Origin: a phage
Sequence record: PV467748.1
Length of the DNA stretch: 64,000 nucleotides
Direction: 5' to 3' (one strand)
Part shown: piece by piece, positions 1-10,016 of the stretch
Numbering within the stretch: position 1 is the stretch's first letter
How the letters are laid out: each line of letters opens with the position of its first letter
Translations under genes and position numbers: made by a program
The notes under the pieces: model-generated
Told to the model about the DNA's origin: nothing
The model's database searches: none
What the model saw: the letters and a program-made list of their open reading frames with translations, nothing else

Positions 1-2210
1 TAAGCCGCTTCCACGGCTTTCATGAATTTAACGATTTGAGCTACAGAAGCCTCGGTAATGGATGTTCCACGACGATACATGTAGTCCGAAACTAAATGGT
101 AATCAGATTCAAACTGTAGAGTCATTTTATCATTGTTACTTGAAGCATTATTGGTTAACGTATTGAACGTCGTGTTACAGATTTTCTTGATAACAGAAAG
201 TTTGTCATCAGTGATATACCCATGGAAATTCATATAACGGAATATATCATAGAAATTGCTCAGACGAGTATATGCTTCAGATACCGGCTTGTCACTGAAA
301 TACTTAGTCATGAAACCAAGCTCAGGGAACTTAGCGATGATTTCAAGATAATATCTTGCACGGGTATTGCTACCAATGTAGCCATCAATATCTACCGCAT
401 CCAATGCTTCGGCATAAGCTTCTAATGTAGCTTCCATCAAGCATTCGCATTGGCCTAACTTTTTAATCTTTTTGGCAATCTGAGGGCGGATGACATGGAA
501 TTCAGTAGCACCAATCAAATTAGCCATACGACACATGGTAGTGGTGTTGATGTCAAAGATACCATAAGCTTCGTCCATTCCCATGATATCAGAACGATTG
601 CCAAACAGAACATAACCTGTAATTTCTTCTGCTTCAGCGGCAGTTAAGTACAGGGTTTCATTAGCCCAACGCCCGTTTTTAATGAACCAACGATAAGCAC
701 TTGGTGATTTAGGACGCGGTTCTGACGAACGAACAGTAACCGGAATCCATGGCTTAACAATTTTATTCAGTTCAGAGACTTTATAAAAATGAATTGTGTC
801 GCCTTTAAAAAGTTCTTTAACCTTTTCAAGTTGCTGCATTTGCAACATTGAATTTGGGTCGACGAAAATAAGGTCTGTTCCGTATTTAGGAATATTGTGC
901 TCTTTAACAATTTTCTTGGCTGAAGCGCTGTTGTCCATTGCCAGGGCCCAAAGTCCTCGAACCAGAGGTACACGGCCCTTTTCATCATCATAAACAACAT
1001 GGATTTCTTTCTTATTAATGCCTAATAAATTACTAAGTCCTGCTACCGAAGAAGTATTACCGCTCGGCTTAATTCGTTTCAAACGCGGGTCTGAAATGAT
1101 TTCGTAAACCACACCTAAATTAATAAGGTCGTTTTGAAGGGTATAACGCTGGTATAATTTCTCATATGTCAATTTTTCTGTAGTAAACAGGCTAGTTCCA
1201 CCTTTTTTGGTAAGATAGTCACGAGCACTGTAACCAAGGTTAGAAAGGTCACGATAAACATGGCGTGGATTATCAGATTCAACCCATTCCTTCGTATCAT
1301 TTTTAAAGACCACTGCATCTAGTGCTTCAATACGGGTTGCAATATTTTCCATCGTACGTTTATCAAGAGACAACACTTCACGAGACGGAGCAATATCCAG
1401 TGAACCCATAGGGAACTTAATATAAACTACATCATGGCGAGTACGCATCCATGTGCCTTTATTATAAGCAGAATCCAATGGATAAACAATACCACCATAA
1501 ACTGCATAAAGCCCTGAACGTTCGAAGCTGCCATAATTTGTAGTGGTTACAGGATGATAATCGTCAAATTCAGGGAAATAATCAACTTCAACGCCATCAA
1601 CATCACCGAGTCCAATGAAAGGCCGCATGATATAACGAACTTCAGTTTCGAACTTACGGAAGTCTTCTTCGTCCACAGGAACTGTGATTTCGATGCCTGT
1701 TTTATCACCTGGCTGCATAGGTTCTACGAAAGTAGGTTTAATCTGTGGCCCATCACCATCCATATATGCTACATAACCACGAACTTCACCATTATGCCAT
1801 GAAGTGATATTAAACGTTTCGGTATAACTGAACGGAGATTTTGAACCAAGGCCAAAGCCACCGATGAAATCGTTAGAAGCGGTTTTGGATGATGCGAAAT
1901 AAGAGTTATACAACCCGGTTTCGTTTTCATCACCACGAATCTGGAAATCACTCATACCCGGACCGAAGTCACGGCACACAAAGCGAGGGTCCAGTTTACC
2001 AGGAACCTGTACTTTCCAACGTTCTTTATTACCATTCAGAATATGAGCGTCAATCATGTTAGTAATTAGTTCACGTACTACAGCACGTACTTTATTACTA
2101 TAAAGGTCTGATGACAAAATTTTAAAGACCTTAGGCGATGCCTGGATAGTAAAGCCTGTGGACTTAGCACCATTACCAATGATTTGTTCTTTTTCGGTTT
2201 CAATAATCAT
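1..2210 (-). CDS. rIIA: rIIA protein, N-terminal part (gene runs off the left edge of the window)
   Basis: ATG at 2210; translation MIIETEKEQIIGNGAKSTGFTIQASPKVFKILSSDLY... matches remembered T4 rIIA N-terminus; frame open to position 1; synteny with rIIA.1 and gene 39. Confidence 0.85.
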   Translation of the reverse strand, partial: MIIETEKEQIIGNGAKSTGFTIQASPKVFKILSSDLYSNKVRAVVRELITNMIDAHILNGNKERWKVQVPGKLDPRFVCRDFGPGMSDFQIRGDENETGLYNSYFASSKTASNDFIGGFGLGSKSPFSYTETFNITSWHNGEVRGYVAYMDGDGPQIKPTFVEPMQPGDKTGIEITVPVDEEDFRKFETEVRYIMRPFIGLGDVDGVEVDYFPEFDDYHPVTTTNYGSFERSGLYAVYGGIVYPLDSAYNKGTWMRTRHDVVYIKFPMGSLDIAPSREVLSLDKRTMENIATRIEALDAVVFKNDTKEWVESDNPRHVYRDLSNLGYSARDYLTKKGGTSLFTTEKLTYEKLYQRYTLQNDLINLGVVYEIISDPRLKRIKPSGNTSSVAGLSNLLGINKKEIHVVYDDEKGRVPLVRGLWALAMDNSASAKKIVKEHNIPKYGTDLIFVDPNSMLQMQQLEKVKELFKGDTIHFYKVSELNKIVKPWIPVTVRSSEPRPKSPSAYRWFIKNGRWANETLYLTAAEAEEITGYVLFGNRSDIMGMDEAYGIFDINTTTMCRMANLIGATEFHVIRPQIAKKIKKLGQCECLMEATLEAYAEALDAVDIDGYIGSNTRARYYLEIIAKFPELGFMTKYFSDKPVSEAYTRLSNFYDIFRYMNFHGYITDDKLSVIKKICNTTFNTLTNNASSNNDKMTLQFESDYHLVSDYMYRRGTSITEASVAQIVKFMKAVEAA

Positions 2211-2217
2211 ATTTTTC

Positions 2218-2421
2218 TCAATTCAGGTTACGTTTAAAAAGGTCTGCCACTTCAAGGAGCTCGTCCTTAGTAGCGATGTCGTTAAGTATTTTATATCTGA
2301 TTTCTTTAAAGCGTTCTTTAAAATCCTCAGCCGCATTGATATCAAAAAATCTCTGGATTAACCGGAATTCTTTATGGACGGCTTTATCAAACAAATCAAT
2401 ATTCACTTTAAAGTTTGTCAT
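2218..2421 (-). CDS. small protein in rIIA.1 position (67 aa)
   Basis: ORF immediately upstream of rIIA as in T4; no motif recognised. Confidence 0.5.
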   Translation of the reverse strand: MTNFKVNIDLFDKAVHKEFRLIQRFFDINAAEDFKERFKEIRYKILNDIATKDELLEVADLFKRNLN

Positions 2422-2731
2422 TTTTAACTACCTCATGTTGAGCATATTCTCTGGTAGAACCTAGTTCAGCCAGAATTCTTCTCATAGAACCCATTGTACT
2501 TTTGTGCTCTCTGTGGCGATACATTATCTCTAAAACCTTTTCCTGGACAACAGGAGAGAGCGCCTGGTTATCTTTAATCTTTAAGGCAATAGATTTTACA
2601 GCCTTAAGGTATTCAAGTCCCTTACCGCTTGTAGTCACTACTCCTTCGTCCTTACAGTTACGAATGGCTGTTTCCATAAAGGATAAAGCCAGGTTGTCAG
2701 TGTTCACTATACTGTTATCTTGCATAATCAT
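2408..2731 (-). CDS. hypothetical protein (107 aa)
   Basis: ORF between gene 39 and rIIA.1; not gene 60 (topoisomerase subunit is contiguous here). Confidence 0.45.
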   Translation of the reverse strand: MIMQDNSIVNTDNLALSFMETAIRNCKDEGVVTTSGKGLEYLKAVKSIALKIKDNQALSPVVQEKVLEIMYRHREHKSTMGSMRRILAELGSTREYAQHEVVKNDKL

Positions 2732-2779
2732 ATTCTCACCTCTTAGAGAATCGTATCATACTTTTAATCAGTTGTAAAC

Positions 2780-2805
2780 CCCGAAAAGGGCCCGAAGGCC
2801 CTTAT
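2780..2805 (-). terminator. hairpin with UUCG tetraloop on the minus-strand RNA
   Basis: aagggcc-cgaa-ggccctt inverted repeat on plus strand; reads GGGCC-UUCG-GGCCC on the transcript. Confidence 0.5.
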
Positions 2806-3023
2806 TAGTTACTTGAATCGACCTTATAGACCTGTCCGCGGGTTTGGTAAACTTCGCCGTCCCATGTTTCAACTGTGATAGTAACGTACTCTGCAAAAAG
2901 AGGACGTGTATCTGTCCAGAGATAACCATATTCACCTGTGACGAGCGTAACCCAGTACTTTCTCATAAAGTCTCCTTTTGTATGGCACCAATTAGTACCA
3001 TACGTATTTATTACGACATCCAA
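2805..3023 (-). CDS. hypothetical protein (72 aa)
   Basis: ORF only. Confidence 0.35.
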   Translation of the reverse strand: MDVVINTYGTNWCHTKGDFMRKYWVTLVTGEYGYLWTDTRPLFAEYVTITVETWDGEVYQTRGQVYKVDSSN

Positions 3024-4828
3024 GCCTTACGGAGTTGAGGGTCATTACCAAGGAGCATTTCGAACTGTTCTTTCCAATCTTCAGGTAATTGGACAACATC
3101 AAATTTAGGGTCTTGAATCATTCGTCGGTATTCGGCTTTCTCAAGAGAACCGAGACCTTTAATATAACGAATAGAATGTTTTGGTAGAGAGTCCTTAGCT
3201 TTGGTATAACTAGGTACATCATAGAACCATTCCTGTTCTTTACCAACCTGAGCAATGATTACAGGAGTCTTACAGAAACGAATTCGTCCCTGTTCAAACA
3301 ATTCCGGCCACTGACTAAAGAAAGCTAATAACGAAGGATAAATCGAACCAGTACCATCCACATCGGCGTCAGTCATGATAGCAATATTACGATAGTTGGT
3401 TTTATCTGCAGGCTCACCAATAACCAGTCCAGTGATTGCACAGATATCAAACAATTCTTTGTTCTTCATGATATCGGCAGCGGTCATACCCCAGGTATTC
3501 ATAACCTTTCCGCGTAACGGATAACCGCCTTGGAGGTCTTTATTACGAACTTCAATGAAAGGACCCATTGCAGAATCACCTTCCGTAAGGAATAAAGTCG
3601 TATCAGCATCTTTGCCATACATATTGGCTTTAATATGCTTATGGACCTTGGCTTTCAAAGCTTTCTTAGCAGCTTTTGTTTCGGCGGCTTTTTCAGCAGC
3701 GAGTTTACGTGCTAAAGCTGCTTCGACAATAGGCATAATCAACCCATCGACCTTAAGAATAGCCGTTGCAATTTTCTTAGCATCGATTTGGATATGGTTA
3801 CGAATCTCACCAAACGGAGAGGTTAATCGCTCTTTAGTCTGTGAATCAAAACGCATATTGCTCATATCACGAATGAACATGACCATCGTAAGGCATTCTT
3901 TAACACGAGCCTTAGTTACTTCTATTCCTTTATATTTCTTTTTAATACCAGGCAGAAGGTGCTCACAGATATCATCGAACACACATTCAACGTGGTGGCC
4001 ACCATTCTTAGTATGGATATTGTTTACATACGTCAGTTGACGGAACCCGTCCGGAGAAGGAGTAAATGCCATCGAAACATTATCAGTTTCTTGGATTACA
4101 AAGTCTTCACCAAATTGTTTAGCATACTTTTTAAAGTTGCCATCTACTTTTTTACCATTAAAAGTAAATTGAATATCAGGATAAATTACGGCCAGTGTTT
4201 GAAGACGGTCTAATGTAATATCCAGATAAATTTGGGACAGGCTATTTTCTTCGAAATGGTTAAAGTCTGGGGTGAATATAACCGAAGTACCCTTACCTTT
4301 AGATTTCTTAGTAGACCAACCTTTGTTTTCCATTCCATTGGAACAGTTAACAGTAATCTCATTCTCGCCATCAGAGGTGATGCCTGTGAACAAAACAGAG
4401 AAGATATTAGTTAAACTACTACCAACACCGTTCATACCACCTGTCTTACGCTCAGCGTCATCTCCAAAGTTACCACCGGCCTTTGGAATAGTCCATGCAG
4501 CTACAGGACCTGGAATCTGTTCACCGTTTTGGTCAGTAACCATTGCTTGAGGAATACCACGGCCATTATCAGAAACTGAAACCTGATTATTCTTAATTTG
4601 AACATCAATTTTATTTGCGAATTTAAAATTGGTACGAATAGCTTCATCGACAGAGTTATCAATGATTTCGTCAATTAATTTAACCAGTCCAGGAACATAG
4701 TTCACCTGGGTAAAATTACCAAACAGGAATCGACCGTGAGCTTCATTAGCACTTGAGCCAATATACATCCCACTACGTTTTTTGATATGTTCAATGTCGG
4801 ACAGTACTTTAATTTCATTCTTAATCAT
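3011..4828 (-). CDS. 39: DNA topoisomerase II large subunit (GyrB-like ATPase), contiguous 605-aa form
   Basis: MIKNEIKVLSDIEHIKKRSGMYIGS... GHKL ATPase and TOPRIM-like motifs; size matches the fused gp39+gp60 form of T2-type phages. Confidence 0.9.
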   Translation of the reverse strand: MIKNEIKVLSDIEHIKKRSGMYIGSSANEAHGRFLFGNFTQVNYVPGLVKLIDEIIDNSVDEAIRTNFKFANKIDVQIKNNQVSVSDNGRGIPQAMVTDQNGEQIPGPVAAWTIPKAGGNFGDDAERKTGGMNGVGSSLTNIFSVLFTGITSDGENEITVNCSNGMENKGWSTKKSKGKGTSVIFTPDFNHFEENSLSQIYLDITLDRLQTLAVIYPDIQFTFNGKKVDGNFKKYAKQFGEDFVIQETDNVSMAFTPSPDGFRQLTYVNNIHTKNGGHHVECVFDDICEHLLPGIKKKYKGIEVTKARVKECLTMVMFIRDMSNMRFDSQTKERLTSPFGEIRNHIQIDAKKIATAILKVDGLIMPIVEAALARKLAAEKAAETKAAKKALKAKVHKHIKANMYGKDADTTLFLTEGDSAMGPFIEVRNKDLQGGYPLRGKVMNTWGMTAADIMKNKELFDICAITGLVIGEPADKTNYRNIAIMTDADVDGTGSIYPSLLAFFSQWPELFEQGRIRFCKTPVIIAQVGKEQEWFYDVPSYTKAKDSLPKHSIRYIKGLGSLEKAEYRRMIQDPKFDVVQLPEDWKEQFEMLLGNDPQLRKAWMS

Positions 4829-4839
4829 GTTATTTCCTC

Positions 4840-4882
4840 ATGTAGTAGGAGAATATTATCCCATTTCACTTAAAGCATAAAA
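4840..4882 (-). promoter_or_regulatory. candidate MotA-dependent middle promoter upstream of gene 39
   Basis: minus-strand TTATGCTTTA (MotA-box-like) followed ~12 nt later by TAATAT; lies directly after the terminator hairpin. Confidence 0.35.
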
Positions 4883-4897
4883 GGGCCGAAGCCCTTA
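4875..4897 (-). terminator. UUCG-tetraloop hairpin
   Basis: aagggc-cgaa-gccctt; downstream of the lipoprotein gene. Confidence 0.5.
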
Positions 4898-5155
4898 ATC
4901 AAATCGAATGGTCGACTTTTTAAAGAATAATCCAGAACAAACCGTTCCTTCAACCCTTTTACCTGTCGGACCTACAGCAATAAAGCCTGTACGTTGGAAA
5001 TCATCTTCAGAACAACCGAATAGGTTATATCCTGTGATTTGGATTTGTTCGTAGCCATTTGCATCTAATACACGGGTAGCATTATCGGCATCAGTACAAC
5101 CAACCAACGAAACTGCTAGTACAAGAGCTGCAATAGAACGATTAACATATTTCAT
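4895..5155 (-). CDS. predicted lipoprotein (86 aa)
   Basis: N-terminal signal peptide with lipobox LVGC. Confidence 0.5.
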   Translation of the reverse strand: MKYVNRSIAALVLAVSLVGCTDADNATRVLDANGYEQIQITGYNLFGCSEDDFQRTGFIAVGPTGKRVEGTVCSGLFFKKSTIRFD

Positions 5156-5161
5156 AATTTC

Positions 5162-5338
5162 TCACTTAGTTAGTAGGTCGTAAAACCCGCCGTTAACATG
5201 TTTAGGAGCCGAGACTAACCGAACAGCCAGCCGATGGCAATCAGGGCAAACATCATTATCTCTTTCAGAGATTTTCTTGATTTTTTCGTATTCTTTTGCA
5301 CAGTCTTCGGATTGGCATTTGTAATCATAAAGTGGCAT
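5162..5338 (-). CDS. small zinc-ribbon protein (58 aa), not in the ORF track
   Basis: MPLYDYKCQSEDCAKEYEKIKKISERDNDVCPDCHRL...; two CxxC pairs; SD AAGGAA before ATG at 5338. Confidence 0.4.
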   Translation of the reverse strand: MPLYDYKCQSEDCAKEYEKIKKISERDNDVCPDCHRLAVRLVSAPKHVNGGFYDLLTK

Positions 5339-5339
5339 A

Positions 5340-5726
5340 TTATTCCTTAAAGTGGGCTTTCAACATCTGGTAAACGGTCCAGGCTTCAGAATTATTGGAG
5401 ATAGTGATTTTGGTCAAAGGGAATTCGCTTGGCTCAGATGGAGCTGCGTCTTCAGACTGGTCTTCGTCTTCACTGTCAACTTCAACCATTTCTGTAAAGA
5501 ATTTACGCTCACTAGCGTATATAACCATATCTTTATTATCGCCGTAAACCAGGTCGAAGTTGATTACGCATCCGTTTGAAATTTTAACCGGGGAAAAACC
5601 TTCACCTTCAATAATAACATCGGCTACAATATTATTGATATCTCTACGACGGAATTCAGCTTCTGCCGCATCATCTTTAAAATAGTACCATTTACCTTTT
5701 TCAAATTCGAGTTCTTGATTAAGCAT
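5340..5726 (-). CDS. hypothetical acidic protein (128 aa; start refined to MLNQELEFEK)
   Basis: ATG at 5726 with SD; start overlaps the stop of the upstream ORF (ATGCTTAA). Confidence 0.45.
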   Translation of the reverse strand: MLNQELEFEKGKWYYFKDDAAEAEFRRRDINNIVADVIIEGEGFSPVKISNGCVINFDLVYGDNKDMVIYASERKFFTEMVEVDSEDEDQSEDAAPSEPSEFPLTKITISNNSEAWTVYQMLKAHFKE

Positions 5727-5937
5727 TGTAAGTTTCCTTCCAGAAGTCGGTGCCTTCAGCAGTGATTTCACGGAACACTGCATAGATAGGGTTTTTATCA
5801 CCTTGATTTTCGTATACATAAACCGACGATAAATGAGAAAACGCATCAGAATGTTCCTTTTGAACCACGATTAAATCAGGGTTGAACAGAACATCTTCAA
5901 ATTCTTCACGAGTCGAGTTCACCGTAACTTTAGCCAT
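5719..5937 (-). CDS. hypothetical protein (72 aa)
   Basis: ORF preceded by an early-promoter-like element at 5941-6000. Confidence 0.45.
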   Translation of the reverse strand: MAKVTVNSTREEFEDVLFNPDLIVVQKEHSDAFSHLSSVYVYENQGDKNPIYAVFREITAEGTDFWKETYNA

Positions 5938-6011
5938 TTTATTTTCCTCTCATTTGTTGATAGGGTAATCTTATCACTACCCTATCTTGTTGTACACTAC
6001 TTTTTTAAATT

Positions 6012-6578
6012 TTATGCAAAATGAATATCAGCATACTCAACGATAAAGCTTTCAGGGACTACTTTAAAGGTTCCAAGGAACACAATATTATACAGTTTAA
6101 CCCCTTCTTCAACCCATTGGTCTGTGATATAACCGGACATGCTAGTAGTTTCATAAGTCGGGCCATACTCGCAATTGTATTCAAACGGTTTAGGTGAAAC
6201 AAAAAAGACACCTTTGCCTAATTTCCATTTAAAATCAACACCAACATGAGATTGGTCAATAGTTTCAACGTCTTGAGCTACTACGCCACGGATATCATTG
6301 CTTTCACATACATACCCATCATGGGATTCAACTTCTTCAACTACAGGAGCGATGTATCCGGTAAATTCAGTAGATTCCAAGAATTTAGCACGCACATAAG
6401 CGAATTGGGTTTCAGTTTGACCATTTTTAGGAATGATACGCACTTTTACTTCAGAATTTTCTACACTGACACCTTCTTTAAGTTGGATGCTAACAACTTC
6501 AACTAAACAGCCTGCGGCTTTTGAACGAGACTTTTTGGATACACGAACAATACCGCCGATATCGGAAATAGTAATCAT
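6012..6578 (-). CDS. hypothetical protein (188 aa), paralog of 6652..7200
   Basis: shares C-terminal TDQWVEEGVKLYNIV... motif with the neighbouring ORF. Confidence 0.5.
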   Translation of the reverse strand: MITISDIGGIVRVSKKSRSKAAGCLVEVVSIQLKEGVSVENSEVKVRIIPKNGQTETQFAYVRAKFLESTEFTGYIAPVVEEVESHDGYVCESNDIRGVVAQDVETIDQSHVGVDFKWKLGKGVFFVSPKPFEYNCEYGPTYETTSMSGYITDQWVEEGVKLYNIVFLGTFKVVPESFIVEYADIHFA

Positions 6579-6651
6579 AATTTTTCTCTCTTGGTTAAAG
6601 GTTTATTCTCCATGAGAGCCATTATAACATGGCCCTCGATAAAGTAAACTA

Positions 6652-7200
6652 TTAATTCAATACATTAACCACTGCACTACGAGGTACTACACTAAAATCA
6701 CCAGCATGTACAACGTTCAGAAGCTCAACACCGTCTTCAACCCACTGGTCTGTTACCCATCCACAGATAGGATTATCAAAAGGACGACGGATAGACACAG
6801 CACGAGTTAGAAGGTCGGTAGGGTCTTGTTCTTCAACTTCTTGGAACAGGATGAACTCATCTTCATAAACCAGGGTTTTCTCAATTTTGTTATTGTCTAA
6901 ACGACGGCCGTGGAGAATATAGGCTTTAGAGAACCACTCACTTTTGGCAAATTCTTCAACAATAAATTCGCCTTTACCAAAAACATCAGTCAGGGTTTTA
7001 TGGCCGGAAATCAAGGCCTTAGTTTTAATTTCAGGTTCAACCGGTTTGTAGGTTTTGCCGATTTCGATAGTCTGAGTAGTCATAGTGGTTTCCTTAATTT
7101 CCAGTGGTTTAACAGGGCATACATAAGTGCTTAAAACATCAAAATCAATCAGTTTAGCTGCAGGATTTGGTGTATATTCAGGGTTATAATTAAATTTCAT
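6652..7200 (-). CDS. hypothetical protein (182 aa), paralog of 6012..6578
   Basis: C-terminal TDQWVEDGVELLNVV... motif. Confidence 0.5.
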   Translation of the reverse strand: MKFNYNPEYTPNPAAKLIDFDVLSTYVCPVKPLEIKETTMTTQTIEIGKTYKPVEPEIKTKALISGHKTLTDVFGKGEFIVEEFAKSEWFSKAYILHGRRLDNNKIEKTLVYEDEFILFQEVEEQDPTDLLTRAVSIRRPFDNPICGWVTDQWVEDGVELLNVVHAGDFSVVPRSAVVNVLN

Positions 7201-7706
7201 AATTTTCTCATTTCAATAAAATCTACGAGTTCGGCATAGGATTTGCGGAACATTAATTGACGGCTACCAATGACAACCTCATCTTCAGGGATTTCGTAAA
7301 CAGCAAGATAGAATCCTTTAGAAGATAATTCTTCACGCTCTTCACGAGTGAACCAGCGCATCATATCATACTCGCTGGCAAAAGCAAAATGGTAGAGATT
7401 AACAAACCAACCTGGAATATAATCATCACAGCCTTCATAATCAGGCTGGTTCCACTTAGTTCTAATGCTTTTATTAGAATTTTCCACCAACAACTTGTCT
7501 TGACCGGGTAGCGGAATATTTTTATTATTGGTATGGTGGTGCCTAAAATTGGGTCTGTCGAAACCTACTTCCAATAACCAGCCTTCACTCCATTCGTCAA
7601 ATGAGCCTCTATATGGTGTTAATTGGCGGCACTGTTGGTGAGTGATTGCTATGACATCGCTGTTATCTAAGATACTGAACGATGACTCAACTCGATAAAT
7701 TTTCAT
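7197..7706 (-). CDS. hypothetical protein (169 aa)
   Basis: ORF with upstream early-promoter element (7718-7766). Confidence 0.45.
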   Translation of the reverse strand: MKIYRVESSFSILDNSDVIAITHQQCRQLTPYRGSFDEWSEGWLLEVGFDRPNFRHHHTNNKNIPLPGQDKLLVENSNKSIRTKWNQPDYEGCDDYIPGWFVNLYHFAFASEYDMMRWFTREEREELSSKGFYLAVYEIPEDEVVIGSRQLMFRKSYAELVDFIEMRKL

Positions 7707-7766
7707 TTTGTTCTCCTCATGTTGATAGGGTAGATAATATCATGTCATGAGGAGAAGTAAACACTT

Positions 7767-8441
7767 TTATCGATTTTTTACACTTAACGGGTCCGGATTC
7801 TCAGGGACATCTTCCAGGCCCAAGGCATAACGTTGAGCATATTTCAGCATCAAGATGTCCTTGGCACAGTCATGGATAGAGTCATGAGCAACAAAGCCAT
7901 TCAATGTTCCGTTAGGCAGAGGACACATGCTCAATCCGCGAGTCAGTGAATAGGCTTCGATAGCCGTACGGATATCACGTTGGTTCCAGAATTTAACCGG
8001 TTCTAATTTACTGGTATCAATTTCATTCTCAGGAACACCTTCAGAACGATAAGCATCGCGAATAAGGTCGACTAAGATAGGAAAGTCAAATGACATTCCA
8101 CGACACCACATCTGTGATTTCCACTGGTCCACTTCGTTTTTACGGCAGTATTCCAGGAAATTACCGAGACCGATAGAAGTGCTCACATCAATTTCAGATG
8201 GCGCCAGGTTTTTACGTGCTTCAGGCCCTTGCTCCTTCCACCACTGCAACGTGCTTTTAGAAAACAGTCGTTTATCACGTTGAGAAGCGAGGTCAAATTT
8301 AATACGAAGGCCGCGTTGAGTAAGCTCTTCAAACGATTCTACTACCTCTGGATTAGGGTCATAAGCAATTACGGCGAGGTCAATAACCGCTGCATTTTGG
8401 GTAGTGGCAAAGGTTTCAAAGTCAATAATTATATCTTTCAT
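7767..8441 (-). CDS. dexA: exonuclease A (DEDD-type 3'-5' exonuclease)
   Basis: IIIDFET (Exo I) and HDSIHDC (Exo III) motifs; 224 aa; position upstream of dda as in T4. Confidence 0.75.
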   Translation of the reverse strand: MKDIIIDFETFATTQNAAVIDLAVIAYDPNPEVVESFEELTQRGLRIKFDLASQRDKRLFSKSTLQWWKEQGPEARKNLAPSEIDVSTSIGLGNFLEYCRKNEVDQWKSQMWCRGMSFDFPILVDLIRDAYRSEGVPENEIDTSKLEPVKFWNQRDIRTAIEAYSLTRGLSMCPLPNGTLNGFVAHDSIHDCAKDILMLKYAQRYALGLEDVPENPDPLSVKNR

Positions 8442-8677
8442 TTAACGTACCTCATAAGGTCTCGGATTTGGCCGACCGTATAGTCTTCAATATAAACCGA
8501 AGAGATATTGTCGTCCATCAGTTTTTGCACCGCAATAAAATCACTTTCAATCTCTTTAAGAGAGTTCAGGACAGTATGGGCCTTTTGCCTAATGCCGATA
8601 TTATTTTGGTTGACTTTAATAATATATTCCGTCTCGAATTTCAACTTATAAAACTGGTCTTTAGTTACTTTAATCAT
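8438..8677 (-). CDS. hypothetical protein (dexA.1 position)
   Basis: ATG at 8677 with SD GAGGAAAAT. Confidence 0.4.
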   Translation of the reverse strand: MIKVTKDQFYKLKFETEYIIKVNQNNIGIRQKAHTVLNSLKEIESDFIAVQKLMDDNISSVYIEDYTVGQIRDLMRYVK

Positions 8678-8684
8678 ATTTTCC

Positions 8685-10016
8685 TCAAACATAATAGGCA
8701 TCAGTACGAGCACGGGTAATACTAACATAAGCCAGCTGTGAAGCTAAATTGGCATCTGCCATGTGCATGCACGGAGTATAGATGAAACTGTTTTGGACAG
8801 TAAGGCCCTGTGATTTATGAACGGTGCTCACCGGAAGAGCTCGAACCTTAGTGAACATTCTCTTAGCTTTCCAGAAATCAGCCCACTTAGGCTTCTTACC
8901 ACTACCACGCATGGCTTTGTACTCTGTAGCCACCTTAGCCAAGAAATAATGGAACTTCTCAACTGAAGCCTCATCGATAACCTTTAAATGCTCTACGTAG
9001 TACTCATCGTCTTCATCAACAGATTCAACCTGGAGGTCCCAGTAATTAATCATTTGACGAGTGCCTACATCCTTAGCAGACAAAAACAATGAGGTATGGT
9101 TCACATCCAGAATACGAACCATTTGCCCGTTGTTAAAAATGGTTTCAGAGAATTTCTTACCATCGTATTCAAGTTCCTTCATAAAAGGCTCTTGCATCAC
9201 TAGGATTTCACCCTTGATATAAGGTGCATCAGTTTCATAAAGCTTTTTACGAATAATGCTATTCAGCTTTTCAACCGATTTATTTGTATAAGCAAACATC
9301 CTATTTTCAAATAAGGCATCCGCGTCTTTTACGATGGAAAAATAATTCATCATAAAATCTTTTAAAGCCGTTTGAGATTTAAAACCATGGACCCCGTGAC
9401 CTTCAAATATACAATCTCTGAACCATCCACCGTTACGGATTTCAGTAGCAACCTCAATGATAGGAGCATTACTACGCATCACTTCAGTCAAATGTAATTG
9501 TTTGATTTTTGGATGTGTAAAGAATGGAGACAACTGAGGGCTACCATCACTTCCAGGTTCCACTGGCTGTAGCTGAGCTCTGTCGCCAATCCCTAATACA
9601 GTACACCATGGTGGCACGGAGGATTCAATAATCTTAAACAGCTTACCGTCAATCATCGAGCCTTCGTCAACAACTAGAACATTACATTTGCTCAAGTCAG
9701 GAGCTTCGCGTTGTTCAAAGATGTCCTGGTCTTCGTACGTAGTAGGGTTAATTTTTAGAATTCTATGAATTGTTGATGCTTCTTGACCTGCGAGTTTCGA
9801 CAATACCTTTTTGGCCGCATGAGTAGGCGCAGTCAAAATAACTCCGAGTTCACCATTCTTGACTAGATGGTCAAGAATAAATTTGGTAAGGGTTGTTTTA
9901 CCTGTACCAGCAGGACCGTTCAATGTAATCCATTCACCCTTACGTCGTTTAATAGCTTCAATGATTTCTTTAAAGGCAGTCCGTTGCCCAATATTCAAGT
10001 CTTCAAATGTAATCAT
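8685..10016 (-). CDS. dda: Dda DNA helicase (SF1)
   Basis: NGPAGTGKTT Walker A, VVDEGSM Walker B; near-collinear with remembered T4 Dda. Confidence 0.9.
   Translation of the reverse strand: MITFEDLNIGQRTAFKEIIEAIKRRKGEWITLNGPAGTGKTTLTKFILDHLVKNGELGVILTAPTHAAKKVLSKLAGQEASTIHRILKINPTTYEDQDIFEQREAPDLSKCNVLVVDEGSMIDGKLFKIIESSVPPWCTVLGIGDRAQLQPVEPGSDGSPQLSPFFTHPKIKQLHLTEVMRSNAPIIEVATEIRNGGWFRDCIFEGHGVHGFKSQTALKDFMMNYFSIVKDADALFENRMFAYTNKSVEKLNSIIRKKLYETDAPYIKGEILVMQEPFMKELEYDGKKFSETIFNNGQMVRILDVNHTSLFLSAKDVGTRQMINYWDLQVESVDEDDEYYVEHLKVIDEASVEKFHYFLAKVATEYKAMRGSGKKPKWADFWKAKRMFTKVRALPVSTVHKSQGLTVQNSFIYTPCMHMADANLASQLAYVSITRARTDAYYV

Noticed and set aside
3555-4550. Plus-strand ORFs in the track (3555..4040, 3959..4213, 4272..4550) inside gene 39
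   Set aside because: They are antisense to a well-supported topoisomerase gene and lack SD sequences; treated as frame artefacts. The same applies to most plus-strand track ORFs, for example 36031..36480 and 61800..62387.
3011-4828. Search for a gene-60-style translational bypass element in the topoisomerase gene
   Set aside because: The subunit is one contiguous 605-codon frame, so no bypass is needed.
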